Assembly: GCF_035761305.1 (NCBI RefSeq)
Contig: NZ_DASTRI010000001.1
Coordinates: 14,150 to 78,149, forward strand
Origin: Chitinophaga sp.
Lineage (GTDB): Bacteria > Bacteroidota > Bacteroidia > Chitinophagales > Chitinophagaceae
Direction: 5' to 3'
DNA: 64,000 nucleotides
In this document: in pieces, positions 53,007 through 61,962 of the stretch
Numbering within the stretch: position 1 is the stretch's first letter
Layout: each line of letters begins with the position of its first letter
Notes under the pieces: generated by a model
What the model saw: the letters and a program-made list of their open reading frames with translations, nothing else
Databases searched by the model: none
What the model was told of the DNA's origin: nothing
Position numbers and translations under genes: made by a program

Positions 53007-53037
53007 CCCATTTATTAAACAGGCGAACAACCATTTC

Positions 53038-54033
53038 ATGATCTTAGTTACCGGCGGCACAGGTTTTTTAGGCAGTTATTTACTACGGGCACTGGTAAAG
53101 GCCGGTAAGCCGGTGCGTGCATTGTACCGCCGCCAGATACCCGCTCATTTACAGGATATACAGGCGCACATTAACTGGTTCCAGGGCGATGTGCTGGATG
53201 TGATAGCCCTGGAAGAGGCCATGCAGGATATTACCCAGGTATATCACTGCGCAGCCGTAGTATCTTTTCAGCCGGCTGAGCACCGCCATATGATGCAGGT
53301 GAATGTAGAAGGTACTGCCAATGTAGTGAACCTGGCGCTGGATGCCGGCGTGCAAAAGCTGGTGCATGTAAGCTCCGTGGCGGCCCTGGGCCGCGCTAAA
53401 GATGATGTGGCGATTGATGAGAATAATGAATGGCAGGAAAGCCGTAACGACTCCCGCTATGCAGTAAGCAAATACCGCAGTGAAATGGAGGTATGGCGCG
53501 GGGTGGCAGAGGGTTTGCCGGCAGCCATTGTTAACCCTTCCATTATCCTGGGCAGCGGTTTCTGGCACGATGGCTCGGGCGCGCTGTTCAAAAACGCCTG
53601 GAAAGAGTTTCCTTTTTATACCCGGGGCATAAACGGGTATGTAGATGTAGCGGATGTAGTGCAGGTTATGTGCGCATTAATGGATAGTGATGTCAGCGGG
53701 CAGCGGTACATTCTTTCTTCGGAGAACTGGAGCTACCAGCGCCTGTTTACGGAAATGGCCGCCCGCCTGCATAAAAAGCCGCCGCACGTTAATGTACAGC
53801 CCTGGCAGGCAGAGCTGGTATGGCGTATGGAAAAGCTGAAAGGCCGGTTTACAAAAAGCAAGCCCCTGGTAACAAAAGAAACAGCCCGTACCGCCCAAAT
53901 GAAAATATACTATAACAACAGTAAGATATTAGCGGCATTGCCGGCATTCCGGTTTACCCCGCTGGAACAAACCATTGCCCGGGTATGTAACGATTTTCTG
54001 CAGGATGTTGCAGCCGGCCGGCTATCTGAATAA
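53038..54033 (+). CDS. NAD-dependent epimerase/dehydratase family (extended SDR) protein
   Basis: MILVTGGTGFLGSYL glycine-rich motif; YAVSK catalytic YxxxK. Confidence 0.85.
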   Translation: MILVTGGTGFLGSYLLRALVKAGKPVRALYRRQIPAHLQDIQAHINWFQGDVLDVIALEEAMQDITQVYHCAAVVSFQPAEHRHMMQVNVEGTANVVNLALDAGVQKLVHVSSVAALGRAKDDVAIDENNEWQESRNDSRYAVSKYRSEMEVWRGVAEGLPAAIVNPSIILGSGFWHDGSGALFKNAWKEFPFYTRGINGYVDVADVVQVMCALMDSDVSGQRYILSSENWSYQRLFTEMAARLHKKPPHVNVQPWQAELVWRMEKLKGRFTKSKPLVTKETARTAQMKIYYNNSKILAALPAFRFTPLEQTIARVCNDFLQDVAAGRLSE

Positions 54034-54720
54034 CAGGGCGCCTATGGCAGCCGCCAGCACCTTTTGCATATCACCGCTTACTTTTTTACTTACCCATACC
54101 CTGGGCTGCTGGCCCGGCATTACAGCAGCTATTGCATTGCCTTTGTAATGAAATTCATAGCACAGCTTTTCGTAAGAATTAGCGATACCAAAACGGTTAT
54201 GCGCAGTAATGCGGATGTCGGTACCTGGTGAGCGGAGTATGCCCACAGGCTTATTATCATTCAGCTCCAGGAAGTGCGGATTCTTTAACAGCAGCTCCCA
54301 GCGCACCAGCGGATTGCTTTGGGTGCCGTTAATAAGCATGTAAAAAAGCGGGTTGGTAGGCGGCGTTTTATCCAGCCATGCAGGTAAAGACCTGCCGGAA
54401 AAAGTAACGCGCGGGGTATTGAGGGCTTGTACCAGTATCTGCTCACTGCTGTCTTTCACCAGGAAGTTAAAGGCGTTATCAATGTTCTTAAAGGTAAGGT
54501 TGGCTGCAGGGGTTACGCCGTTCTTACGGGGGCTGGTGCTGTAGGCGCCGTAACGGAGTGTTTTTGCGGAAAACCAGCCGTCGTTTATGGTAACCTTCCA
54601 CTCCTGGTCATTGGTATAAAGGTTATGGCCGGCATGCCTGGCGGCAGGCGTTATATGGTTGGCTGTGCTGCCCAGGCACAGGATAAATGCAGTAAAGCGC
54701 AGTAAAAGGGATATATGCAT
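54022..54720 (-). CDS. hypothetical secreted protein
   Basis: 232 aa with an N-terminal hydrophobic signal sequence; no recognisable domain; 12-nt convergent overlap with the SDR gene. Confidence 0.55.
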   Translation of the reverse strand: MHISLLLRFTAFILCLGSTANHITPAARHAGHNLYTNDQEWKVTINDGWFSAKTLRYGAYSTSPRKNGVTPAANLTFKNIDNAFNFLVKDSSEQILVQALNTPRVTFSGRSLPAWLDKTPPTNPLFYMLINGTQSNPLVRWELLLKNPHFLELNDNKPVGILRSPGTDIRITAHNRFGIANSYEKLCYEFHYKGNAIAAVMPGQQPRVWVSKKVSGDMQKVLAAAIGALLFR

Positions 54721-54806
54721 GTAAAAGAGATTAGCAGTTGACCGTTAGCGGTTAGCTCTTAGCTATTTAAGCACCCGGCTGATAGCTAAAAGCTAACTGC
54801 TTACAG

Positions 54807-55751
54807 CTATTTGTTCATGACCTTTTCCCACAGCTCAGGTATACGTTTTATCCAGGCCAGCTCTCTCTTTTTGCTGCGGGCTTCTTCTGCCGGGTAGCCA
54901 AAGTACACTTTGCCGCCTTCCAGGGAGCTGGGCACACCGCTTTGCGCCAGCACAATGGCGTCTTTACCTATTACCAGGTCTTTTGATACGCCTACCTGCC
55001 CCCAGAGGATCACGTTATCTTCCACCTTGGCTTTACCGCCTATGCCCACCTGTGCGGCAAACAAACAGTTGCGGCCTATTACGGTGCCGTGGCCAATGTG
55101 TATCATGTTATCCAGCTTGGTGCCCTGGCCTATGATGGTATCGCCGCTTACGCCTTTATCAATGGTGCAGCCCGCACCTATCTCCACATCATCTTCAATA
55201 ATCACCCGGCCGCAGCTTTCAAGCTTATCATACATAACAGCGCGTTCCTTTCTTTTTTTGAAGTAAAAGGCATCGGCGCCTATAACGGTACCGGCATGAA
55301 TGATTACGTTGTTGCCAATTACACAGTGGTCATAAATAGTAACGTTGGGATGTATGATGCAATTGTTGCCTATACGCACATGATTACCAATGAATACGTT
55401 AGGTTGTATAATGGTGTCTTTGCCTATAACGGCGGTATCGCTGATGGGTTTGGAGGCTGGTTCAAAAGGGCGGTAACGTTTTACCAGGGATACATATGCA
55501 CTGAAAGGATCGTCGGTAACCAGTAATGCCTTGCCTTCGGGGCAGGCTACTTTTTTGTTGATGATGATAATGGTAGCGGCAGAATTAAGGGCGGTATCAT
55601 AGTACTTTTCAAAGTCAACAAATGATATATCTCCTTCCTGTACCTTATGGATTTCATTGATGCCCGCAGCCATCAGCTGATGGTTGCCTTCCAGCGCTGC
55701 GCCTATAATAGCGGCTATCTCGGTAACGGCAACAGGTGCTTCAAACTTCAT
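54807..55751 (-). CDS. lpxD: UDP-3-O-acylglucosamine N-acyltransferase
   Basis: 314 aa; left-handed beta-helix hexapeptide repeats and the HIGHGTVIG catalytic His region. Confidence 0.9.
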   Translation of the reverse strand: MKFEAPVAVTEIAAIIGAALEGNHQLMAAGINEIHKVQEGDISFVDFEKYYDTALNSAATIIIINKKVACPEGKALLVTDDPFSAYVSLVKRYRPFEPASKPISDTAVIGKDTIIQPNVFIGNHVRIGNNCIIHPNVTIYDHCVIGNNVIIHAGTVIGADAFYFKKRKERAVMYDKLESCGRVIIEDDVEIGAGCTIDKGVSGDTIIGQGTKLDNMIHIGHGTVIGRNCLFAAQVGIGGKAKVEDNVILWGQVGVSKDLVIGKDAIVLAQSGVPSSLEGGKVYFGYPAEEARSKKRELAWIKRIPELWEKVMNK

Positions 55752-55784
55752 AGCGAATTGAATTAGTGAGTGATTTTAGGTGAA

Positions 55785-55792
55785 CAAAGTTA
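55785..55792 (-). promoter_or_regulatory. -7 box TAACTTTG (minus strand) upstream of lpxD
   Basis: Reverse complement of CAAAGTTA; 33 nt before the lpxD ATG. Confidence 0.45.
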
Positions 55793-55924
55793 GGTGAAAG
55801 TTTGGTTGCTGGTGCTGCCTTCCTGCTTCCTGTTTCAGACTGTTGTTATCCACACTTTTTTTAGTGGTGTGAATAAAATTTTTTGTAAATTTTTTCTTTT
55901 GTCATGAAATTCTTTTTAATATTG

Positions 55925-56008
55925 TGTAGGGAATTTTGTTTCCCTGTACTTACTAACCCATTCACATAACAAGAAAGTCTGATTGTTCGCACGGTCAGAC
56001 TTTTTTTA
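55925..56008 (+). ncRNA. candidate small RNA (about 80 nt): 5-prime hairpin AGGGA/TCCCT, single-stranded ACUUACUAACCCAUUCACAUAACAAGAA, intrinsic terminator
   Basis: The terminator AGTCTGA-N12-TCAGACT plus TTTTTTT (55976-56008) is on the plus strand with no plus-strand CDS upstream. A TAATATTG box at 55916-55923 is a near-match to the -7 motif. Confidence 0.3.
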
Positions 56009-56330
56009 TTGCCCTTGAAATCCGCTGCAGCCGTGCATTTACAGCTGCATTCTTTTTTATCACGCTTAAAAGCAACGCTTGTTTTTATAGCTTTTTATCC
56101 GTTTGGTGTTTATACAGGTGAAAGTAAGCAAACCTGGTTTTTTTACCCTTTAGCCTTTTTAAAACCCCGCTTTACTGTTAAAAGGCAGGCAAGCATATAA
56201 AAAGTGTGCGGGCTAATCATAAAAGGATGCCTTTGCACATAAAACAGCGCATGCAAATGTTTAAAACGGCGGCTTAAAACAGCTTGAAAAATAACGTCGG
56301 CGTGTAAACGTAATAAAGTGCTTTTCCTTG

Positions 56331-57041
56331 CTAATCCTGGAGGTTAGCGGTTTTTATAAGGTGTTCCATTTGCAGCAGGCGTATCTTTTTACCTTCCAGC
56401 TCTATGAGGCCTTCTTTCCTGAATTCGGAGAGTAAACGGATGGCCGATTCGGTAGCGGTGCCAACCAGGTTGGCTATTTCTTCTCTTGAAAGGCGTACGT
56501 TCAGGGTTTGCCCATCGCTTTCCACGCCATAGGTTTCGTGAATGAACAGCAGGGTTTCTGCCAGGCGTTCTCTTACCGGTTTCTGGGCCAGGTGGGTGAT
56601 CTTTAATTCAGCTTTGCGCAGTTCGCTGGAGAGAATGCGCATCATTTCAAGGGAAAGGCTGGGATCTTTTTGCAGTACGTTCAGGAACAGGTCTTTGGGA
56701 ATAAAACATACCTGCGCATCTTCCAGCGCAATAGCCGTTGCGGTAAGCCGTTCGCCGCTTAACAGGGCTTTATAGCCCATTATATCACCGGCCTTTCCCA
56801 GGCGAATGATCTGCTCACGGCCATCGTCGCCGCTGTGGGTTAGCTTTACCTTACCGGAATTAATGCAGTAAATACCAAATGAATGCGCGCCCTCCTGGAA
56901 AATAACCTGTCCTTTTTTATACAGGGAGCATACCCGGGCTTCATTAATAGCAGCAATATTTTCATCTTCCGCTTTGCAAAAGATAGCACCAAAGCGGGCT
57001 TTACAATGTTGACAGGTAATCTGGTGAATAGGAGTGCCCAT
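56331..57041 (-). CDS. Crp/Fnr family transcriptional regulator with N-terminal Cys cluster
   Basis: cNMP-binding-like beta-roll (GDIMGYKALLSGERLTATAIA) and C-terminal HTH (REEIANLVGTATESAIRLLSEF). N-terminal C-x2-C-x8-C (CQHCKARFGAIFC) plus Cys in VCSLY. Start set at MGTPIHQ. Confidence 0.85.
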   Translation of the reverse strand: MGTPIHQITCQHCKARFGAIFCKAEDENIAAINEARVCSLYKKGQVIFQEGAHSFGIYCINSGKVKLTHSGDDGREQIIRLGKAGDIMGYKALLSGERLTATAIALEDAQVCFIPKDLFLNVLQKDPSLSLEMMRILSSELRKAELKITHLAQKPVRERLAETLLFIHETYGVESDGQTLNVRLSREEIANLVGTATESAIRLLSEFRKEGLIELEGKKIRLLQMEHLIKTANLQD

Positions 57042-57684
57042 ATGTGATAGTGCAAAATTACTAATTTGCAGGGCGTTCACCAAAGGGCATATTCCGTTGC
57101 TACTGCATTACTACCTCATTTATAAACCTTACCAGGTGCTTACACAGTTCAGTAAGGAGCCTGGCAAATCCAGCCTGGCAGACCATTTTACAGTACCCAG
57201 GGATGTATATCCTGTGGGCCGGCTGGATTATGATAGTGAAGGACTATTACTGCTAACCAATGATAAATCATTGAACCACCGTTTATTAAACCCGCGCTTT
57301 GCACATGAAAGGGAATACTGGGTGCAGGTAGACGGGGCTATTACGCCTGCCGCCACTGCGCAGCTGCAGCAGGGCGTACAAATAACGGTAGATGGGAAGC
57401 CTTATCATACCCAACCCGGTAAAGCAGCGCTTTTTGAAACACCGCCGCCGGTGCCGGAACGCAACCCGCCCATCCGTTTCCGGAAAGAGATACCTGCCCC
57501 CTGGATCCGGCTGCTGCTTAAAGAAGGCAAGAACCGGCAGGTGCGCAAAATGACCGCCGCCGTTGGCTATCCAACGTTGAGGCTTATCCGTTACCGGATA
57601 GCAGGCCTCACCCTGAACGGACTGCAGCCCGGCGACATGCTGCAGCTCCGGCGTGAGCAGGTGTACAACGCACTGTTCAAATAA
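57034..57684 (+). CDS. pseudouridine synthase (RsuA/RluE family)
   Basis: YYLIYKPYQVLTQF and GRLDYDSEGLLLLTND catalytic Asp motif. The start is uncertain: GTG 57034 is the longest ORF, and in-frame TTG 57097 would give a typical N-terminus. Confidence 0.8.
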   Translation: MPICDSAKLLICRAFTKGHIPLLLHYYLIYKPYQVLTQFSKEPGKSSLADHFTVPRDVYPVGRLDYDSEGLLLLTNDKSLNHRLLNPRFAHEREYWVQVDGAITPAATAQLQQGVQITVDGKPYHTQPGKAALFETPPPVPERNPPIRFRKEIPAPWIRLLLKEGKNRQVRKMTAAVGYPTLRLIRYRIAGLTLNGLQPGDMLQLRREQVYNALFK

Positions 57685-57753
57685 CCTTATTCTCTCCCCA
57701 TCCTTTGCGCTTTGCACTAATTTAGCTAGGTTTGTTACCTACAAACAATTCAT

Positions 57754-58629
57754 ATGCTGAAATCAATGACCGGGTTTGGAAGGGCTGAGAACACGCGGGG
57801 AGAAACCACCATCACGGTGGAGATAAAATCGTTAAACGGGAAACAGTTTGAGGTGAACCTCAAGTTATCTCCCTTGTTAAGACCATATGAGTTTGACATC
57901 CGTAACCAAATGCAGCAGGTGCTGCAGCGCGGCACGCTCGACACCACCATTAACATACGGCAAAACGGCGCCACCCGGCCGGTAATGGTAAATACGGAGC
58001 TGGCCCGCTTCTACTACCAGTCCATTACCACCCTGGCTGCAGAGCTGAACCTGCCGCAGGATGATATGCTGAATGTGCTCATGAAGCTGCCGGAAGTGGT
58101 AACCCCTGCTACCGAGCAAATTGCAGAACAAGACTGGCTGGCCGTGCAACAGGTGCTGAAAGCAGCATTGGAGGAGCTGGACACTCACCGCCAGAACGAA
58201 GGCAATGTGCTGGAAGCCGACCTGCTGCTGCGCATAGAAAATATAGAAAGCTACTGTGTAAAGGTCCGGGAGCTGGACCCCCTGCGTAAAGACCGTATAC
58301 GCCAGCGCCTGGAGCAATTGCTGGCAGAATATGTAGGCAAGGAGAATGTAGACGAGAACCGGCTGGAACAGGAGCTGATCTTTTACCTGGAAAAGCTGGA
58401 TATATCTGAAGAGCTGGTGCGCCTGGAAAACCACTGCCGTTATTTCAAGGAAATACTCAATGATGCAGATGTAGCCAAAGGTAAAAAGCTGGGTTTTGTG
58501 CTGCAGGAAGTAGGCCGGGAAATAAACACCACCGGCTCCAAAGCCAATGACGCCGGTATACAGCAATGGGTGGTATTAATGAAAGACGAACTGGAAAAGG
58601 CCAAAGAACAAGTATTAAATGTACTATAG
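57754..58629 (+). CDS. yicC: YicC family stress-induced protein
   Basis: MLKSMTGFGRAE N-terminus and C-terminal EVGREINTTGSKAN...KDELEKAKEQVLNV (DUF1732). Confidence 0.9.
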   Translation: MLKSMTGFGRAENTRGETTITVEIKSLNGKQFEVNLKLSPLLRPYEFDIRNQMQQVLQRGTLDTTINIRQNGATRPVMVNTELARFYYQSITTLAAELNLPQDDMLNVLMKLPEVVTPATEQIAEQDWLAVQQVLKAALEELDTHRQNEGNVLEADLLLRIENIESYCVKVRELDPLRKDRIRQRLEQLLAEYVGKENVDENRLEQELIFYLEKLDISEELVRLENHCRYFKEILNDADVAKGKKLGFVLQEVGREINTTGSKANDAGIQQWVVLMKDELEKAKEQVLNVL

Positions 58630-59125
58630 TCAATTTCTGAAACGCATAGCAGCGGCCATGCTAACAGCCTGCCTGGGACTGGCATCCTGCCTGCCTGCTA
58701 AGATGGATGCCTATGAAAAGAACCAGGAAATACCCGGGCACAAATGGAGCTATCAATACAAACCCGTGTTTGAAGTAACCATTAACCCGGAAGACACCGC
58801 CTACCTGTATAACATTTATGTGAACATCCGCCACCAGGATGCCTACCCTTACAGCAATATATGGCTGCTGATAGGCACCCAGTACCCGGGCGACAGCTCC
58901 TGGCAGTCGCGCAGGGTAGAGCTGCCGCTGGCCGATGCCTCCGGCAAATGGCTGGGCAGCGGGCTGGATGATATTTATGAGCACCGCATTCCTATACAGG
59001 AGCGGGCCATTTTGAATAAACCAGGCACCTATCGTTTTACATTTGAACAAAATATGCGGCAAAATCCGCTGCCTTATGTAATGAATGTAGGACTGCGGAT
59101 AGAGAAAGCCGGCGCACGGCCATGA
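58619..59125 (+). CDS. gldH: gliding motility lipoprotein GldH
   Basis: Lipobox GLASC. YNIYVNIRHQDAYPYSNIWLLI and GKWLGSG match the Flavobacterium johnsoniae GldH pattern (YNLFVNIRNTNDYKYSNLFLI) as I recall it. Confidence 0.75.
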   Translation: MYYSQFLKRIAAAMLTACLGLASCLPAKMDAYEKNQEIPGHKWSYQYKPVFEVTINPEDTAYLYNIYVNIRHQDAYPYSNIWLLIGTQYPGDSSWQSRRVELPLADASGKWLGSGLDDIYEHRIPIQERAILNKPGTYRFTFEQNMRQNPLPYVMNVGLRIEKAGARP

Positions 59126-60138
59126 AACGTTTCTTTCATAAGCTACAGGACCAGAAGGTAGCCTCCTTCATTTATTTTTTTGTACTGGCCTACACCATAC
59201 TGGCGCTGGTATGGTGGGGCGTGCTGCTGTTCTGGCAAAGCAGGCAGATCACCGATTTTGAGCGCCGTAACCTTGACCTGCGTATTGATAACACCGTACA
59301 TCCTGTAGAGTACAAACTGGAGCTGCAGCGCATAGAAAGGGATGAACGCATGCGCACCTTCAAGTTCTTTGGAGAGGGCGGCACCTTCCTGGGCATTATA
59401 TTGCTGGGCGCCTTTTTCGTATACCGCTCTATATGGAAGCAGATAAAGCTTACCCGGCAGCAGCAGAACTTTATGATGGCGGTAACGCATGAGCTTAAAT
59501 CGCCTATTGCAGCGGCCAAACTGAACCTGGAAACCATCCGTAAACACAAGCTGGACCCTGAAAAGCAGCAAAAGCTGGTAGAGAACACCATTAAGGAAAC
59601 CAACCGGCTGGACCAGCTGTGTAATAATATTCTGCTGGCCTCCCAGCTGGAAACAGAACGTTACAAGCTTTTCAGGGAGCCGCTGGATTTTTCGGCCCTG
59701 CTGGATTGCGGCGTTAAAGAGCTGCAGGCGCGCATTACCTCCCATACGATTATAGCCGACCTGCAGCCCCGCATATGGGTAGAGGGTGATAAGTTCATGC
59801 TGCAAATGGTGCTGAATAACCTGGTTGAGAATGCGGTAAAATATGCGCCCAAGCAAACCGTCATCAAAGTACGTTTATACGAAAACGGGCATATGCTCAA
59901 GTGGCAGGTGTCGGATGAAGGGCCGGGTGTGCCGCCGGAAGAACGCCAGCGGGTGTTCCTGAAGTTTTACCGCATAGGCAATGAAAACACCCGTAAGGCC
60001 AAAGGCTCAGGCCTGGGCCTGTTCCTTACCAAAAAGATAATGGAGCAGCATGGCGCTGCAATACAGGTAAAGGACAACACCCCCAAAGGCGCTTGTTTTG
60101 AGATTACCTGGCCGCTATATTCCGTACAAACAGCGTAA
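59122..60138 (+). CDS. sensor histidine kinase (HisKA plus HATPase_c, minimal sensor)
   Basis: Two TM helices; H-box MMAVTHELKSPIA, N-box LVENAVKY, DEGPGV, GSGLGL; ATGA overlap with gldH. Confidence 0.9.
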   Translation: MKRFFHKLQDQKVASFIYFFVLAYTILALVWWGVLLFWQSRQITDFERRNLDLRIDNTVHPVEYKLELQRIERDERMRTFKFFGEGGTFLGIILLGAFFVYRSIWKQIKLTRQQQNFMMAVTHELKSPIAAAKLNLETIRKHKLDPEKQQKLVENTIKETNRLDQLCNNILLASQLETERYKLFREPLDFSALLDCGVKELQARITSHTIIADLQPRIWVEGDKFMLQMVLNNLVENAVKYAPKQTVIKVRLYENGHMLKWQVSDEGPGVPPEERQRVFLKFYRIGNENTRKAKGSGLGLFLTKKIMEQHGAAIQVKDNTPKGACFEITWPLYSVQTA

Positions 60139-60199
60139 ATTTGCTCCACCATTTTAAGTTCCGCCGGCATCTGTGAGGCGGAATACGTAATTTAAGGAT

Positions 60200-60910
60200 A
60201 TGAAAGAAGCAACCAAGGCATCAATACTGTTGGTGGAAGATGAAGAAAACCTCCAGGAGGCATTAAAGCTGAACCTGGAGCTGGAAGGATATGAGGTAAC
60301 CGCCGCAGATAACGGCACTACTGCCTTAAAGGCCGTTAAGAACGAATATTTTGACCTGATTATACTGGATATAATGCTGCCGGAAATGGACGGCATTGCT
60401 GTGTGTGAGAACATTCGTATACAGAATAACGATGTGCCCATCCTGTTCCTGAGCGCCCGTAACAGCAGCGCTGACCGGGTGCTGGGGCTTAAAAAGGGCG
60501 GGGACGATTACATGACCAAGCCTTTTAACCTGGAAGAGCTGCTGCTGCGGGTAGAAAAGCTGATTGTTAAGAACAAACGCATACAGGATAAAGACAGCGT
60601 ACCCAATATTTACCGCTTTGGCAATAATACCATTGACTTTGCCGCACAGGAATGCATAGGCAAGGATGGTAAACGCTATGAGCTGAGCAAAAAGGAAACC
60701 ATGTTGCTGAAGCTGCTCATAGAGAACAAAGGAGAAGTGGTTACGCGTGAGAAAATACTGCAGGTGGTATGGGGCTACAATGTATATCCCACTACCCGCA
60801 CTATTGACAACTTTATCCTGAACTTCCGTAAATACTTTGAGGAAGACAGCCGCAACTCCAAATACTTCCACTCCGTGCGCGGGGTTGGTTACAAGTTTAC
60901 AGAACAGTAA
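60200..60910 (+). CDS. OmpR/PhoB-type response regulator
   Basis: Receiver domain (LLVEDEE, DLIILDIMLPEMDG, LSAR) and winged helix (VRGVGYKF). Confidence 0.92.
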   Translation: MKEATKASILLVEDEENLQEALKLNLELEGYEVTAADNGTTALKAVKNEYFDLIILDIMLPEMDGIAVCENIRIQNNDVPILFLSARNSSADRVLGLKKGGDDYMTKPFNLEELLLRVEKLIVKNKRIQDKDSVPNIYRFGNNTIDFAAQECIGKDGKRYELSKKETMLLKLLIENKGEVVTREKILQVVWGYNVYPTTRTIDNFILNFRKYFEEDSRNSKYFHSVRGVGYKFTEQ

Positions 60911-61071
60911 AACCATTTAGCCACTTATAGTTATTTTCCCTCCGGTTGCCCGATAAATACTGCCTTGTAGTAATTACCACTTTACATTGATAGTGATTTA
61001 ATAGATATTTAATAGGCGCTATGCGCTTGTTATCCTTTTGTAAACCTTATCAGTTATTGTAATTCGGGTAT

Positions 61072-61863
61072 ATGTTCTCAGCGGGCGATTGGAACTACTG
61101 GCTATTCTTTGTATTAAGCATAGCGCTTATCTGCTACTATTTTTTCCACCGGGAAAAAAGGATCAGGCGTAATACCATACAGGAAATTGACCGGCGGCAA
61201 TCCATGGTGAACCTTGAGCTGCACGCTTTTCAGGCCCAGCTGGACCCTCACTTTATCTTTAACAGCCTTAACGCCATTCACCACTACATACTCAGCACCA
61301 GCACAGACATGGCCTCCCTTTACCTTACGCGCTTCTCAAAGCTCATGCGGCTTATGATAGCTAATTTCAACAAAGAATGGGTAAGCCTTGAGGAAGATAT
61401 TGAAGCGCTGGAGCTGTATATTCAGCTGGAGCAGCTGCGGTTTGAGCCCCAGTTTACGTATAAGCTGTACCTGTCGCCGGAAGTAACCCGGCAGTTTATA
61501 CTGGTGCCGCCCATGATCATACAGCCTTATGTGCAGCAGGCTATCTGGCACCGCATATTGCAGCGCCCCCAGAAAAGCGGTGGCCGGCTGGAGGTGGTTA
61601 TCAGCCGCAACCAGGACCAGCTGAACATACAGGTAGAGGATAACGGCGTAAGCGGCGAGCTGCAGCCTGCATCCTATGCCGCCACGCAGCTGAACCGCAA
61701 TGTAGCCATAGCTGCAGAACGCCTGCAGATCATGCGCGAAAAATATCACATACAGGCAGCCGTAACGGAGCAAACCATTTATGATGAGCCCTCCCAAACC
61801 AGCTGCAGCCGCATTACTATTAACCTTCAGCATATTACCAGCCGCCAGCTGCAGGCCGTATAA
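61072..61863 (+). CDS. LytS/YehU-type histidine kinase-like protein with a single TM and degenerate N-box
   Basis: QLDPHFIFNSLNAI His_kinase motif. The ATP-lid region reads IQPYVQQAIWHR where the family normally has ENAxxHG (compare IQPFLENAVWHG in the 49341-50639 paralogue). Confidence 0.8.
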   Translation: MFSAGDWNYWLFFVLSIALICYYFFHREKRIRRNTIQEIDRRQSMVNLELHAFQAQLDPHFIFNSLNAIHHYILSTSTDMASLYLTRFSKLMRLMIANFNKEWVSLEEDIEALELYIQLEQLRFEPQFTYKLYLSPEVTRQFILVPPMIIQPYVQQAIWHRILQRPQKSGGRLEVVISRNQDQLNIQVEDNGVSGELQPASYAATQLNRNVAIAAERLQIMREKYHIQAAVTEQTIYDEPSQTSCSRITINLQHITSRQLQAV

Positions 61864-61962
61864 GCAGGTTGCCTGCCACGCCAATACCAGCAGATTCCGT
61901 TTATTTTCGTAATTTTTCAGTAGGGACAATATATTATCTAGCCTACAGCCAACTTAGCGTAC

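Noticed and set aside
56009-56200. 63-aa plus-strand ORF in the lpxD/crp spacer
   Set aside because: It starts inside the T-run of a terminator, uses a non-ATG start in an AT-rich region, and has a hydrophobic low-complexity translation. It is more likely non-coding.
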